Positions 8,100-16,714 of a stretch of 42,613 nt of DNA are shown here, piece after piece. The stretch is from IMG/VR virus record IMGVR_UViG_2703718839_000008; one strand, given 5' to 3'. Made by a program: the position numbers and the translations under genes. The notes below the pieces were generated by a model. The model was given only the letters and a program-made list of their open reading frames with translations, did no database searches and was not told where the DNA came from. This DNA comes from a virus (taxonomy: Duplodnaviria; Heunggongvirae; Uroviricota; Caudoviricetes). Position 1 is the stretch's first letter; every line of letters starts with the position of its first letter.

Positions 8100-8297
8100 A
8101 TGCGGAAATCCGACGTGATTAATTATTTCGGCGGAGTTTGTAAAACCGCCGAAGCCCTAGGTATTAAGCATCCGTCTGTTTCAGAGTGGCCTGAGATTAT
8201 TCCTGAAGGCCGAGCGTACCAGTTAGAAAAAATTACTAACGGGAAACTGAAAGTTGACGTGTCTTTATATCAAAAGACTAACAGTGCTGCGGCATAA
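8100..8297 (+). CDS. Cro-like / YdaS-like small HTH regulator
   Basis: 65 aa; first gene after pR; GGGAGA RBS. Confidence 0.6.
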   Translation: MRKSDVINYFGGVCKTAEALGIKHPSVSEWPEIIPEGRAYQLEKITNGKLKVDVSLYQKTNSAAA

Positions 8298-8324
8298 AAA
8301 CACCACAGAAATGAGGAATTAACC

Positions 8325-8909
8325 GTGGGTAAAGAACCTGAATGGAAAGTTGATAAACAACCAGCATGGCTGGTGGCAGCAATACGAAGAACGATTGCTG
8401 ATTTACCTCATGGCTATGAGGAAGCAGCAGAAATTCTTGGTTTGTATAAATCTGATGATATCACCCCAGCAAAAGATCAATTGCATAACAGACTGCGTAG
8501 CGGTGGGGATCAAATTTTTCCACTTGAGTGGGCCATGGTTTTACAGGATGCCAGTGGTACCAGGCATGTAACAGATGCAATAGCCCGTCGTAGTAATGGG
8601 GTGTTTGTGCCGCTGGTGGTCATTGATGACATTGACAATGGTGACATTAATCAGCGGCTGATGGAGTCAATAGAATGGATTGGCAAGCATTCCCAGTACT
8701 TACGCAAGGCAACTGCTGATGGAGTTATTGACCAAGCTGAGCGTGAGCAAATCGAAGAGAACAGCTACCAAGTAATGGCGAAGTGGCAGGAGCATTTAAC
8801 ACTGTTATTTCGTGTTTTTTGTGCGCCGGAAAAGAGTAACGCCCGCGAGTGTGCAGCTCCGGGCGTCGTGGCGTCGATTGCTTCTGGTTGTGGAGAAACT
8901 AACGCATGA
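8325..8909 (+). CDS. CII-like / YdaT-like early regulator, 194 aa
   Basis: GTG start with GAGGAA RBS; position after Cro-like gene; family assignment from recall only. Confidence 0.4.
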   Translation: MGKEPEWKVDKQPAWLVAAIRRTIADLPHGYEEAAEILGLYKSDDITPAKDQLHNRLRSGGDQIFPLEWAMVLQDASGTRHVTDAIARRSNGVFVPLVVIDDIDNGDINQRLMESIEWIGKHSQYLRKATADGVIDQAEREQIEENSYQVMAKWQEHLTLLFRVFCAPEKSNARECAAPGVVASIASGCGETNA

Positions 8910-9244
8910 ACAGTTTAACAACACACTACCGTCGCTCGCAACTGATTGCGCTTCCTGTACCGGGTGGAAAAGCGAAGGTGGAGTATTGCTATGCAGTGAA
9001 TGTACCAGGTGACAGGGAAATTGTAACCCACAGCTTTGCAGAGTGGGCTGTGGGGGATTTCAACCGGCAGAAGGAGACAGTCCTTTGCGACAAGTTAACC
9101 GCTGGTTCAAAGATCACTACGGAGTGCCCGTCAGAGTCATTCGTTGGGAACCGGAAACACAACGGGTTATCTACCTCCGCGAAGGCTATGAGCATGAGTG
9201 CTTCAGTCCGCTCGAACAGTTTCGTCGTAAATTCAGGGAAATAG
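8906..9244 (+). CDS. Hypothetical protein (frame uncertain; alternative overlapping frame 9043-9264)
   Basis: ATGA overlap with upstream stop; ends 10 nt before the O-like start; the 3' half looks more protein-like in the other frame. Confidence 0.35.
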   Translation: MNSLTTHYRRSQLIALPVPGGKAKVEYCYAVNVPGDREIVTHSFAEWAVGDFNRQKETVLCDKLTAGSKITTECPSESFVGNRKHNGLSTSAKAMSMSASVRSNSFVVNSGK

Positions 9245-9253
9245 AGGTCGGTC

Positions 9254-10195
9254 ATGAGCACTAAATTAACCGGCTATGTATGGGATGGTTGCGCAGCGTC
9301 AGGCATGAAATTATCCAGCGTGGCAATTATGGCCCGCCTGGCTGATTTCAGTAATGACGAAGGTGTGTGCTGGCCATCAATTGAAACCATTGCCCGCCAG
9401 ATTGGCGCGGGGATGAGTACCGTCAGAACGGCTATCGCACGGCTGGAAGCAGAAGGCTGGTTAACGCGTAAGGCGCGTCGCCAGGGTAACCGCAATGCGT
9501 CGAATGTTTATCAGCTTAACGTTGCGAAGCTTCAGGCAGCGGCATTTTCTCAACTGTCAGATTCTGACCCGTCAAAATCTGACGCATCAAAATCTGACCC
9601 GTCAAAATTTGATGCGTCGAAATCTGGCAAAAAAGCGGGTTTTCACCCGTCAGAATCTGGCGGGGATCCGTCAGTAAAATCAAAACATGATCCGTCAGAT
9701 AAAAAACCTTCTCGTCCGGACGCTTCGCAACCGGACACGCAGACGGCTGAACAGGATTTTTTAACTCGCCATCCTGATGCGGTTGTATTCAGCCCTAAAA
9801 AACGCCAGTGGGGGACGCAGGATGATTTGACCTGCGCACAGTGGCTCTGGAAAAAAATCATCGCCCTGTACGAGCAGGCTGCCGAATGTGACGGCGAGGT
9901 GGTTCGTCCCAAAGAACCGAACTGGACAGCCTGGGCAAACGAAATTCGCCTGATGTGTGTGCAGGATGGTCGTACTCACAAACAAATCTGCGAGATGTAC
10001 AGCCGCGTCAGCCGCGATCCGTTCTGGTGCCGTAACGTGCTCAGCCCGTCGAAGCTGCGGGAAAAATGGGATGAGCTTTCCCTGCGCTTATCGCCGTCCG
10101 TCAGCACATACACAGAAAAACGTGAAGATCCGTACTTCAAATCCAGTTACGACAACGTGGACTACAGCCAGATCCCGGCAGGATTCAGGGGGTGA
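9254..10195 (+). CDS. Replication initiator (lambda O-like role) with origin iterons inside the gene
   Basis: N-terminal winged-helix-like region; internal DNA direct repeats encode repeated SDPSKSDASKSDPSKFDASKS linker. Confidence 0.6.
   Translation: MSTKLTGYVWDGCAASGMKLSSVAIMARLADFSNDEGVCWPSIETIARQIGAGMSTVRTAIARLEAEGWLTRKARRQGNRNASNVYQLNVAKLQAAAFSQLSDSDPSKSDASKSDPSKFDASKSGKKAGFHPSESGGDPSVKSKHDPSDKKPSRPDASQPDTQTAEQDFLTRHPDAVVFSPKKRQWGTQDDLTCAQWLWKKIIALYEQAAECDGEVVRPKEPNWTAWANEIRLMCVQDGRTHKQICEMYSRVSRDPFWCRNVLSPSKLREKWDELSLRLSPSVSTYTEKREDPYFKSSYDNVDYSQIPAGFRG
9556..9662. repeat. Origin iterons: 15-bp-spaced direct repeats of GTCAAAATCTGAC-like units
   Basis: Copies starting near 9556, 9571, 9586, 9601, 9616 and 9648. 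Confidence 0.65.
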
Positions 10196-10197
10196 TC

Positions 10198-10686
10198 ATG
10201 AGTCTTTTGAATGAAGTTCAGAAATTCATTGAAGCCCATCCGGGGTGTACTTCCGGAGACATTGCGGATGCTTTTGCAGGTTACTCACGGCAGCGCGTTC
10301 TGCAGTCAGCAAGCAAGTTACGTCAGAGTGGGCGTGTGGCTCACCGTTGTGAAGGAGATACACGCAGACATTTCTCGCGCCTGACTGAGAGAGCGCAGGA
10401 GCCGGAACCACAACCAGTTCGTGAAACCAGACCTGTGCGCAAGTTCTATGTCGGCACTAACGACCCCCGGGTGATTTTGTGCCTGACCCGCCAGGCTGAA
10501 GAACTGGAGTCGAGGGGCTTATACCGTCGTGCTGCAACGGTGTGGATGGCGGCATTCCGTGAAAGCCACTCCCAGCCAGAACGAAACAATTTTCTGGCGC
10601 GTCGTGAACGGTGTTTACGGAAAAGCAGTAAGCGGGCTGCATCAGGTGAAGAGTGGTATCTCTCAGGGAATTACGTGGGGGCTTAA
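10198..10686 (+). CDS. Putative regulator with PerC-like C-terminal motif
   Basis: AEELESRGLYRRAATVWMAAF resembles the PerC/Pch signature; ATG just after O-like stop. Confidence 0.35.
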   Translation: MSLLNEVQKFIEAHPGCTSGDIADAFAGYSRQRVLQSASKLRQSGRVAHRCEGDTRRHFSRLTERAQEPEPQPVRETRPVRKFYVGTNDPRVILCLTRQAEELESRGLYRRAATVWMAAFRESHSQPERNNFLARRERCLRKSSKRAASGEEWYLSGNYVGA

Positions 10687-11339
10687 TGAGTAATAAATAT
10701 TGCCAGGCGCTGGCGGAACTGCGGAACAAACCAGCCCATGAACTGAAGGAAGTGGGCGATCAGTGGCGCACGCCGGACAACATTTTCTGGGGAATTAACA
10801 CCCTGTTTGGCCCGTTTGTTCTGGATCTGTTCACTGACGGTGATAACGCCAAATGTGCTGCGTATTACACGGCGGAAGACAACGCGCTGGCGCATGACTG
10901 GTCAGAACGCCTTGCGGAGCTTAAAGGTGCTGCCTTTGGTAATCCCCCATACAGCCGCGCCAGTCAGCATGAGGGGCAATACATCACCGGCATGCGTTAC
11001 ATCATGAAGCATGCCAGTGCCATGCGTGATAAAGGCGGGCGCTATGTTTTCCTGATCAAAGCTGCCACCAGCGAAGTGTGGTGGCCGGAAGATGCAGATC
11101 ATATTGCTTTTATTCGCGGGCGTATTGGTTTTGAACTGCCTGCCTGGTTTATCCCGAAGGATGAGAAGCAGGTGCCGACAGGCGCTTTCTTCGCTGGTGC
11201 TATTGCTGTTTTCGACAAGACCTGGAAGGGACCGGCAATCAGCTACATCGGGCGCGATGAACTTGAGGCATGTGGTGAGGCCTTTCTGGCGCAGGTTCGC
11301 CAGCAGGCAGAAAAACTGGTCAGGGAGATGGCGGCATGA
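10686..11339 (+). CDS. Phage N6-adenine DNA methyltransferase (Dam-like), orphan
   Basis: GNPPYS catalytic motif; no adjacent endonuclease. Confidence 0.7.
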   Translation: MSNKYCQALAELRNKPAHELKEVGDQWRTPDNIFWGINTLFGPFVLDLFTDGDNAKCAAYYTAEDNALAHDWSERLAELKGAAFGNPPYSRASQHEGQYITGMRYIMKHASAMRDKGGRYVFLIKAATSEVWWPEDADHIAFIRGRIGFELPAWFIPKDEKQVPTGAFFAGAIAVFDKTWKGPAISYIGRDELEACGEAFLAQVRQQAEKLVREMAA

Positions 11340-11662
11340 CGACGTTAACTCAATGCCAGCAGCAGGTGCTGGATATGCTGATTTCTTATCAGAAAGAACG
11401 TGGCTTCCCGCCAACCAATCAGGAGGTGGCAACCATGCTGGGATACCGTTCAGTGAATGCAGCGGTGGAGCATCTTCGCGCACTGGAGAAAAAAGGCGTC
11501 ATCACGATAAAGCGTGGCGTGGCCCGGGGCATCACGCTTCATACCGCGGTGAAGGACGACGACAGCGAGGCGGTCGGGATTATCCGCGCACTGCTTGCCG
11601 GTGAGGCAAACGCCAGGCTGCGTGCAGCCCACTGGTTACATGAGAGGGGCCTGAAAGTATGA
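11336..11662 (+). CDS. LexA N-terminal DNA-binding-domain homolog lacking the S24 cleavage domain, 108 aa
   Basis: Aligns by eye to the LexA N-terminus (LT.RQQEV.D.I.....G.PPT..E.A..LG.RS.NAA.EHL.AL..KGVI.I..G..RGI.L); ends after the DNA-binding domain. Confidence 0.7.
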   Translation: MTTLTQCQQQVLDMLISYQKERGFPPTNQEVATMLGYRSVNAAVEHLRALEKKGVITIKRGVARGITLHTAVKDDDSEAVGIIRALLAGEANARLRAAHWLHERGLKV

Positions 11663-12048
11663 AGCTAATACTGCCTTTTCCGCCCAGCGTGAACACGTAC
11701 TGGCGACACCCCAACAAAGGGGCGCTTGCAGGTAAGAGCCTGATAAGCGCGGCGGGGCGAAAATTCCAGAGCGCAGCGTGTGCAGCCATCATTGAGCAGT
11801 TACGTCGTCTGCCGAAACCAACGTCGGCACCAGCTTCAGTGGAGATCGTGTTGTTTCCTCCGGATAACCGGCTTCGCGATCTGGACAACTATAACAAGGC
11901 GCTGTTTGACGCCCTGACCCACGCGGGTGTGTGGGTGGACGACAGCCAGGTGAAAAGAATGCTGGTGGAGTGGGGGCCGGTTATCCCGGAAGGGAAGGTC
12001 GAAATCACTATCAGTAAGTACGAGAAAACGGCGGGTGCAGCCGCCTGA
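11659..12048 (+). CDS. rusA: RusA-family Holliday junction resolvase
   Basis: MKLILPFPPSVNTYW...RDLDNYNKALFDAL...VWVDDSQV matches the RusA signature. Confidence 0.8.
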   Translation: MKLILPFPPSVNTYWRHPNKGALAGKSLISAAGRKFQSAACAAIIEQLRRLPKPTSAPASVEIVLFPPDNRLRDLDNYNKALFDALTHAGVWVDDSQVKRMLVEWGPVIPEGKVEITISKYEKTAGAAA

Positions 12049-12067
12049 TTAAGAGGAGAAACGAAGT

Positions 12068-12877
12068 ATGAATAATCTGATGGTTATTGATGGTATTGAA
12101 GTTCGTCGTGATGCTTATGGGCGTTACAGCCTGAACGATCTGCATCGCGCAGCAGTAGCATCTGGTGCAAATGCCAGAACCAAGGAGCCAGGAAAGTTTC
12201 TTTCCAGCCAACAAACTGTTGAGCTTGTTCATGAATTAACCAACACCCAGAATTTGGGTGTTGACCCGGTGAGTGTGATTCATGGGGGAAATGAACGGGG
12301 AACGTATGTCTGTAAGGAACTGGTGTATGCCTATGCAATGTGGATCAGCCCGTCATTCCATCTGAAGGTGATCCGTACTTTCGATATGGTAACCAGCGCA
12401 CCGGAAAAATTATCCGGACAGGCTGCTGACAAGATGCAGGCTGGCGTGATTCTGCTGGACTTTATGCGCCGGGAGTTAAATCTGTCTAACTCATCTGTGC
12501 TTGGGGCCTGTCAGAAACTCCAGGAGGCTGTTGGCTTACCGAATCTGGCACCGCGCTATGCCATTGATGCACCTGCTGACGCGCCTGATGGCTCAAGCCG
12601 CCCGACGCTGTCGCTGAGTGCACTGCTGAAGCAGTATGGTATCCGCCTGACGGCTAATCAGGCATATCACCAGATGGTGAAGCTGGGGATCGTCGAGCAG
12701 CGCGAACGATACAGCCGTACCGGGATTAACAACATCAAAAAATTCTGGTCGCTGACGGCGAAAGGCTGCATGTTCGGCAAGAACATCACCAGTCCCGCAA
12801 ATCCGCGTGAGACGCAGCCGCATTTCTTCGAATCCCGATTCCCTGAGCTGTTAAAGCTGCTCGATACCGTTCATTGA
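12068..12877 (+). CDS. KilA-N domain protein (antirepressor-like)
   Basis: N-terminal YSLNDLHRAA...GTYVCKELVYAYAMWISPSFHLKVI KilA-N signature. Confidence 0.65.
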   Translation: MNNLMVIDGIEVRRDAYGRYSLNDLHRAAVASGANARTKEPGKFLSSQQTVELVHELTNTQNLGVDPVSVIHGGNERGTYVCKELVYAYAMWISPSFHLKVIRTFDMVTSAPEKLSGQAADKMQAGVILLDFMRRELNLSNSSVLGACQKLQEAVGLPNLAPRYAIDAPADAPDGSSRPTLSLSALLKQYGIRLTANQAYHQMVKLGIVEQRERYSRTGINNIKKFWSLTAKGCMFGKNITSPANPRETQPHFFESRFPELLKLLDTVH

Positions 12878-12878
12878 G

Positions 12879-13874
12879 GTGACCGTGAGAGCACTACTGA
12901 CCCCTGAAATAGCCCCGCGTATGGGGATTGTATTGTTCAGACCAGGTTCAGAGCTGATGCCCCTGTTTATGCAGGGGCGTGTCCTGCTGGAGCCTGAGCC
13001 GGAACGTTATTCATCTTTCGCCAGTGGTGCCGTTCCGGCGGCATCACAACCGCTGGCGGATGATCCTGCCGTTAGGGCCGTGTTCCGCAATGAGGCAGTG
13101 ATCCGTCGTGCTGGTGGCGTGGAATGTCTTGAAAGCTGGTTACTTCGTGAAAAAGGCTGCCAGTGGCCTCATTCCGACTGGCACAGCGAGAACATGACCA
13201 CAATGCGACACGCGCCGGGCGCGATCCGTCTGTGCTGGCACTGCGATAACCAGCTGCGCGATCAGTTCACGGAACGGCTGGAATCAATGGCAACGGATAA
13301 CTGTGCCCGCTGGGTGTTGTCTGTAGTCCGTCTGGATCTCGGTTTTGATGATAACCATGCCGTGACAATGCCGGAACTGTGCTGGTGGCTGATTCGTAAT
13401 GACCTGGCGGATGCCTTACCGGAAAGTGCAGCCCGTAAGGCACTGAGATTACCGAAGCCTGTTGTGCCGTCTGTCACCCGGGAAAGTGACCTTGTGCCTT
13501 CGGTTCCTGCCACCAGCATCATCCAGGATAAGGCGAAAAAGGTGCTGGCGCTGAAAGTGGATCCGGAGTCGCCGGAGTCTTTTATGTTACGCCCAAAACG
13601 CCGCCGCTGGGTTAATGAAAAGTACACGCGCTGGGTTAAGACACAGCCGTGTGCATGTTGTGGAAAGCCTGCTGATGATCCCCACCACCTGATAGGCCAC
13701 GGTCAGGGTGGAATGGGTACAAAAGCGCATGACCTCTTTGTGTTGCCTTTGTGCAGAAAGCATCACGACGAGCTGCATGCGGATACCGTGGCATTTGAAG
13801 AGAAGTATGGCTCTCAGCTGGAGCTGATATTTCGTTTTATCGATCGTGCGCTGGCAATTGGCGTATTGGCGTAA
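12879..13874 (+). CDS. DUF968-family nin-region protein (putative HNH-like C-terminus)
   Basis: C-terminal CACCGKPADDPHHLIGHG...LCRKHHDELH; GTG start. Confidence 0.6.
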   Translation: MTVRALLTPEIAPRMGIVLFRPGSELMPLFMQGRVLLEPEPERYSSFASGAVPAASQPLADDPAVRAVFRNEAVIRRAGGVECLESWLLREKGCQWPHSDWHSENMTTMRHAPGAIRLCWHCDNQLRDQFTERLESMATDNCARWVLSVVRLDLGFDDNHAVTMPELCWWLIRNDLADALPESAARKALRLPKPVVPSVTRESDLVPSVPATSIIQDKAKKVLALKVDPESPESFMLRPKRRRWVNEKYTRWVKTQPCACCGKPADDPHHLIGHGQGGMGTKAHDLFVLPLCRKHHDELHADTVAFEEKYGSQLELIFRFIDRALAIGVLA

Positions 13875-13887
13875 GTGGAGAACGAGC

Positions 13888-14640
13888 ATGAACCTTGAAG
13901 CCTTACCAAAATATTACTCCCCAAAATCTCCAAAATTGAGCGATGACGCACCGGCGACAGGCTCAGGTGGTTTAACGATTACGGATGTGATGGCTGCGCA
14001 GGGGATGGTGCAGTCGAAAGCACCGCTTGGGTTTGCCTTATTCCTGGCAAAAGTTGGTGTTCAGGATCCTCAATTTGCGATTGAAGGTCTGCTCAATTAC
14101 GCGATGGCACTGGATAACCCGACATTGAACAAATTGAGTGAAGAAACCCGGTTACAGATCATCCCTTACCTTGTGAATTTTGCCTTTGCTGATTATTCCA
14201 GGTCTGCGGCAAGTAAGGCTCGCTGTGAGCATTGTGCTGGTACTGGATTTCATAATGTATTGCGCGAAGTGGTGAAACACTCCAGAAGCGGGGAATCTGT
14301 TATCAAGGAAGAGTGGGTGAAGGAACTATGTCAGCATTGTCATGGTAAGGGAGAAGTCAGCACAGCGTGCAGAGGGTGTAAGGGTAAAGGTATTGTCCTG
14401 GATGAAAAAAGGACCCGGCTTCATGGCACGCCTGTTTATAAGATTTGTGGGCGTTGCAATGGAAACCGGTTTAGCCGTTTACCAACCACACTGGCGCGGC
14501 ATCATGTCCAGAAGCTGGTACCAGACCTGACGGATTATCAGTGGTACAAAGGATATGCAGATGTCATTGATAAACTGGTTACAAAGTGCTGGCAGGAAGA
14601 AGCATATGCAGAGATACAATTGAGAAAGGTGACAAGATAA
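13888..14640 (+). CDS. Late-gene antiterminator Q-like protein
   Basis: Multiple CxxC zinc-binding pairs; immediately upstream of the PR'-like promoter and terminator; GGAG RBS at MNLEAL. The ORF could instead start at 13846. Confidence 0.65.
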   Translation: MNLEALPKYYSPKSPKLSDDAPATGSGGLTITDVMAAQGMVQSKAPLGFALFLAKVGVQDPQFAIEGLLNYAMALDNPTLNKLSEETRLQIIPYLVNFAFADYSRSAASKARCEHCAGTGFHNVLREVVKHSRSGESVIKEEWVKELCQHCHGKGEVSTACRGCKGKGIVLDEKRTRLHGTPVYKICGRCNGNRFSRLPTTLARHHVQKLVPDLTDYQWYKGYADVIDKLVTKCWQEEAYAEIQLRKVTR

Positions 14641-14671
14641 ATGGTTTTCGCCGAAGATGACGACATGATGC

Positions 14672-14700
14672 TTGCATTTTTCAAAAAATATGGATAAGAT
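14672..14700 (+). promoter_or_regulatory. PR'-like late promoter (with presumed qut region)
   Basis: TTGCAT, 17-bp spacer, TAAGAT, directly after the Q-like gene. Confidence 0.55.
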
Positions 14701-14744
14701 TTTCCCAACGATGGGCTTTGTATGTCTACCGTTGATAAGATTTA

Positions 14745-14772
14745 GGAACCCGCCACTGAGCGGGTTTTTTGT
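14745..14772 (+). terminator. tR'-like terminator about 40-65 nt downstream of PR'
   Basis: cccgc-cactga-gcggg followed by TTTTTT. Confidence 0.7.
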
Positions 14773-14892
14773 ACCTGTAAACTTGGTGCAGTACAGTAAA
14801 CACGCTGGTGGTCGTGAATACTGACTTTTTATCTTGCTGGATTTTTAGACAAGAGTTATTGGTATGTCATGTTAACCAGAAGGGAAAAAGAC

Positions 14893-15096
14893 ATGCTAAA
14901 ACAGCAAGATATGACAGAAACCGCCGCCGCAGTCCTTCATTTCTTACCTGCTGACAAGTGGGTAACGCCACGCATGATGACGAGAACTACCGGAGTAAGC
15001 GAAGCCCGGTGCCAGTTAATACTGACTCAGTTAGTTCTGGCGGGTCTGGCGAAGGATAACGGCGGGTACGGGAATAAATTCAGACGCTGCCAGTAA
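14893..15096 (+). CDS. Small putative winged-helix protein (FaeA/PapI-like architecture), about 67 aa
   Basis: ...TRTTGVSEARCQLILTQLVLAGLAKDNGG... reads as an HTH recognition helix plus wing; ORF-track start at 14869 is also possible. Confidence 0.35.
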   Translation: MLKQQDMTETAAAVLHFLPADKWVTPRMMTRTTGVSEARCQLILTQLVLAGLAKDNGGYGNKFRRCQ

Positions 15097-15246
15097 TGGC
15101 GGTTTCCTGCTGTGAAAATGGGCGGCTGGTGGGTGTTGGTAGCACCTGCCAGCCATTCGCTCATGCTTACTGGTCACAAGCGAACCACGGCCCACTGCTT
15201 TAGCGCAAAAGCAGAGTGAGCCTACCAGAGTTACGCTTACTGATCC

Positions 15247-16299
15247 ATGAAAAATACTGTAAAAATAAACAGTGTTGATTTAATCAACGCTGATTGCCTG
15301 CATTTTATTCAGTCCTTGCCTGATGATTCCATTGATCTGATTGTTACCGATCCGCCGTACTTCAAAGTGAAGCCCAACGGCTGGGACAATCAGTGGAAAG
15401 GGGACGAAGATTACCTGAAGTGGCTGGACTACTGTCTGGCCCAGTTCTGGCGGGTACTGAAACCAGCCGGAAGCCTTTACCTGTTCTGTGGACATCGCCT
15501 CGCATCTGATATCGAGATCATGATGCGTGAACGTTTCAACGTGCTTAACCATATCATCTGGGCGAAGCCGTCCGGACGATGGAACGGGTGTAATAAAGAA
15601 AGCCTGCGGGCATATTTCCCCGCTACAGAGCGCGTTCTGTTTGCTGAACATTACCAGGGGCCATATCGCGGCAAAAGTGACGGCTATGCGGCAAAAGAAA
15701 GGGAACTCAAACAGCACATAATGGCACCGCTGATATCGTATTTCAGGGATGCTCGTGCCGAACTGGGTATAACGGCAAAACAAATTGCCGAAGCCACAGG
15801 TAAGAAAAATATGGTTTCCCACTGGTTTGGTGCCAGTCAGTGGCAGTTGCCGAATGAGGCTGACTATCGGAAGTTACAGGCACTGTTTTCCCGTATAGCG
15901 GCAGAGAAGTTTCAGGAACAACAACTGGAACAACCACACCACCAGCTGGTGGCATCTTATGATTCACTGAATCGCAAATATTCTGAATTGCTGGATGAGT
16001 TTAAATCTCTCCGGCGCTATTTCTCCGTATCAGTCTCCGTGCCTTATACCGATGTCTGGACGCATAAGCCCGTTCAGTTCTACCCGGGTAAACATCCGTG
16101 CGAGAAACCGGCGGATATGCTCCGGCAAATAATCAATGCCAGTAGTCGACCTGGTGATCTGGTTGCTGATTTCTTTATGGGATCCGGTTCCACAATAAAA
16201 GCAGCAATGGCGCTGGGGCGTCGGGCGTTAGGTGTTGAACTTGAGTCAGAGCGGTTTAATCAGACGGTGAAAGAGGTAAGTGAACTGGTGGGGAAATAA
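15247..16299 (+). CDS. DNA methyltransferase (beta-class N6A/N4C type), orphan, in the late region
   Basis: N-terminal DPPY motif (LIVTDPPYF) and C-terminal FMGSGST AdoMet motif; no adjacent nuclease. Confidence 0.75.
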   Translation: MKNTVKINSVDLINADCLHFIQSLPDDSIDLIVTDPPYFKVKPNGWDNQWKGDEDYLKWLDYCLAQFWRVLKPAGSLYLFCGHRLASDIEIMMRERFNVLNHIIWAKPSGRWNGCNKESLRAYFPATERVLFAEHYQGPYRGKSDGYAAKERELKQHIMAPLISYFRDARAELGITAKQIAEATGKKNMVSHWFGASQWQLPNEADYRKLQALFSRIAAEKFQEQQLEQPHHQLVASYDSLNRKYSELLDEFKSLRRYFSVSVSVPYTDVWTHKPVQFYPGKHPCEKPADMLRQIINASSRPGDLVADFFMGSGSTIKAAMALGRRALGVELESERFNQTVKEVSELVGK

Positions 16300-16375
16300 T
16301 TCTGGTGGCCACGTTGCGTGGCCTTTTTATTTCCAACACAGCACCCGCAAATATCGCGAGGTGAGAGATGACGAA

Positions 16376-16711
16376 ATGCCTCATAACCCAAATACCTGGC
16401 CGGACTGGCTGGAGTTGTTTCAGAGCTGGTGGCGTGGAGACACACCGCTGGGTGCAGTGATTATGTCGATCGTTATGGCTGGTTTGCGCATCGCCTATTT
16501 TGGCGGTGGTGGTGGCTGGAAGCGAAAAACGCTCGAGATTTTGCTATGTGGCGCTCTGACGCTGACCTTTGCATCCGCTCTTGAATATGTCGGATGGCCT
16601 AAATCGCTTTCTGTTGCCATTGGTGGTGGCGTGGGGCTGATCGGTGTCGATGCTATTCGTGGGGCTGCAATGCGAGTAATCGGTAACAAATTTGGTAGCT
16701 CGAAGGAGTAA
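16376..16711 (+). CDS. Holin (lambda S-like family)
   Basis: Transmembrane helices with charged C-terminus; GAVIMSIVMAGLRIAYFGG resembles lambda S GIGAILAFAMAYLRG; directly upstream of endolysin. Start uncertain. Confidence 0.65.
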   Translation: MPHNPNTWPDWLELFQSWWRGDTPLGAVIMSIVMAGLRIAYFGGGGGWKRKTLEILLCGALTLTFASALEYVGWPKSLSVAIGGGVGLIGVDAIRGAAMRVIGNKFGSSKE

Positions 16712-16714
16712 TTT

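Noticed and set aside
9495-9677. 60-aa ORF with repeated RQNLT units
   Set aside because: An out-of-frame reading of the origin iterons inside the replication gene.
11092-11604. 170-aa alternative-frame ORF across the Dam and LexA-DBD genes
   Set aside because: Arg/Gly-rich out-of-frame reading; the in-frame products have clear motifs.
16280-16375. N-terminal extension of the holin ORF overlapping the methyltransferase end
   Set aside because: Extension (MNWWGNNSGG...) lacks a ribosome-binding site and is not holin-like; an internal ATG gives a lambda S-like topology.
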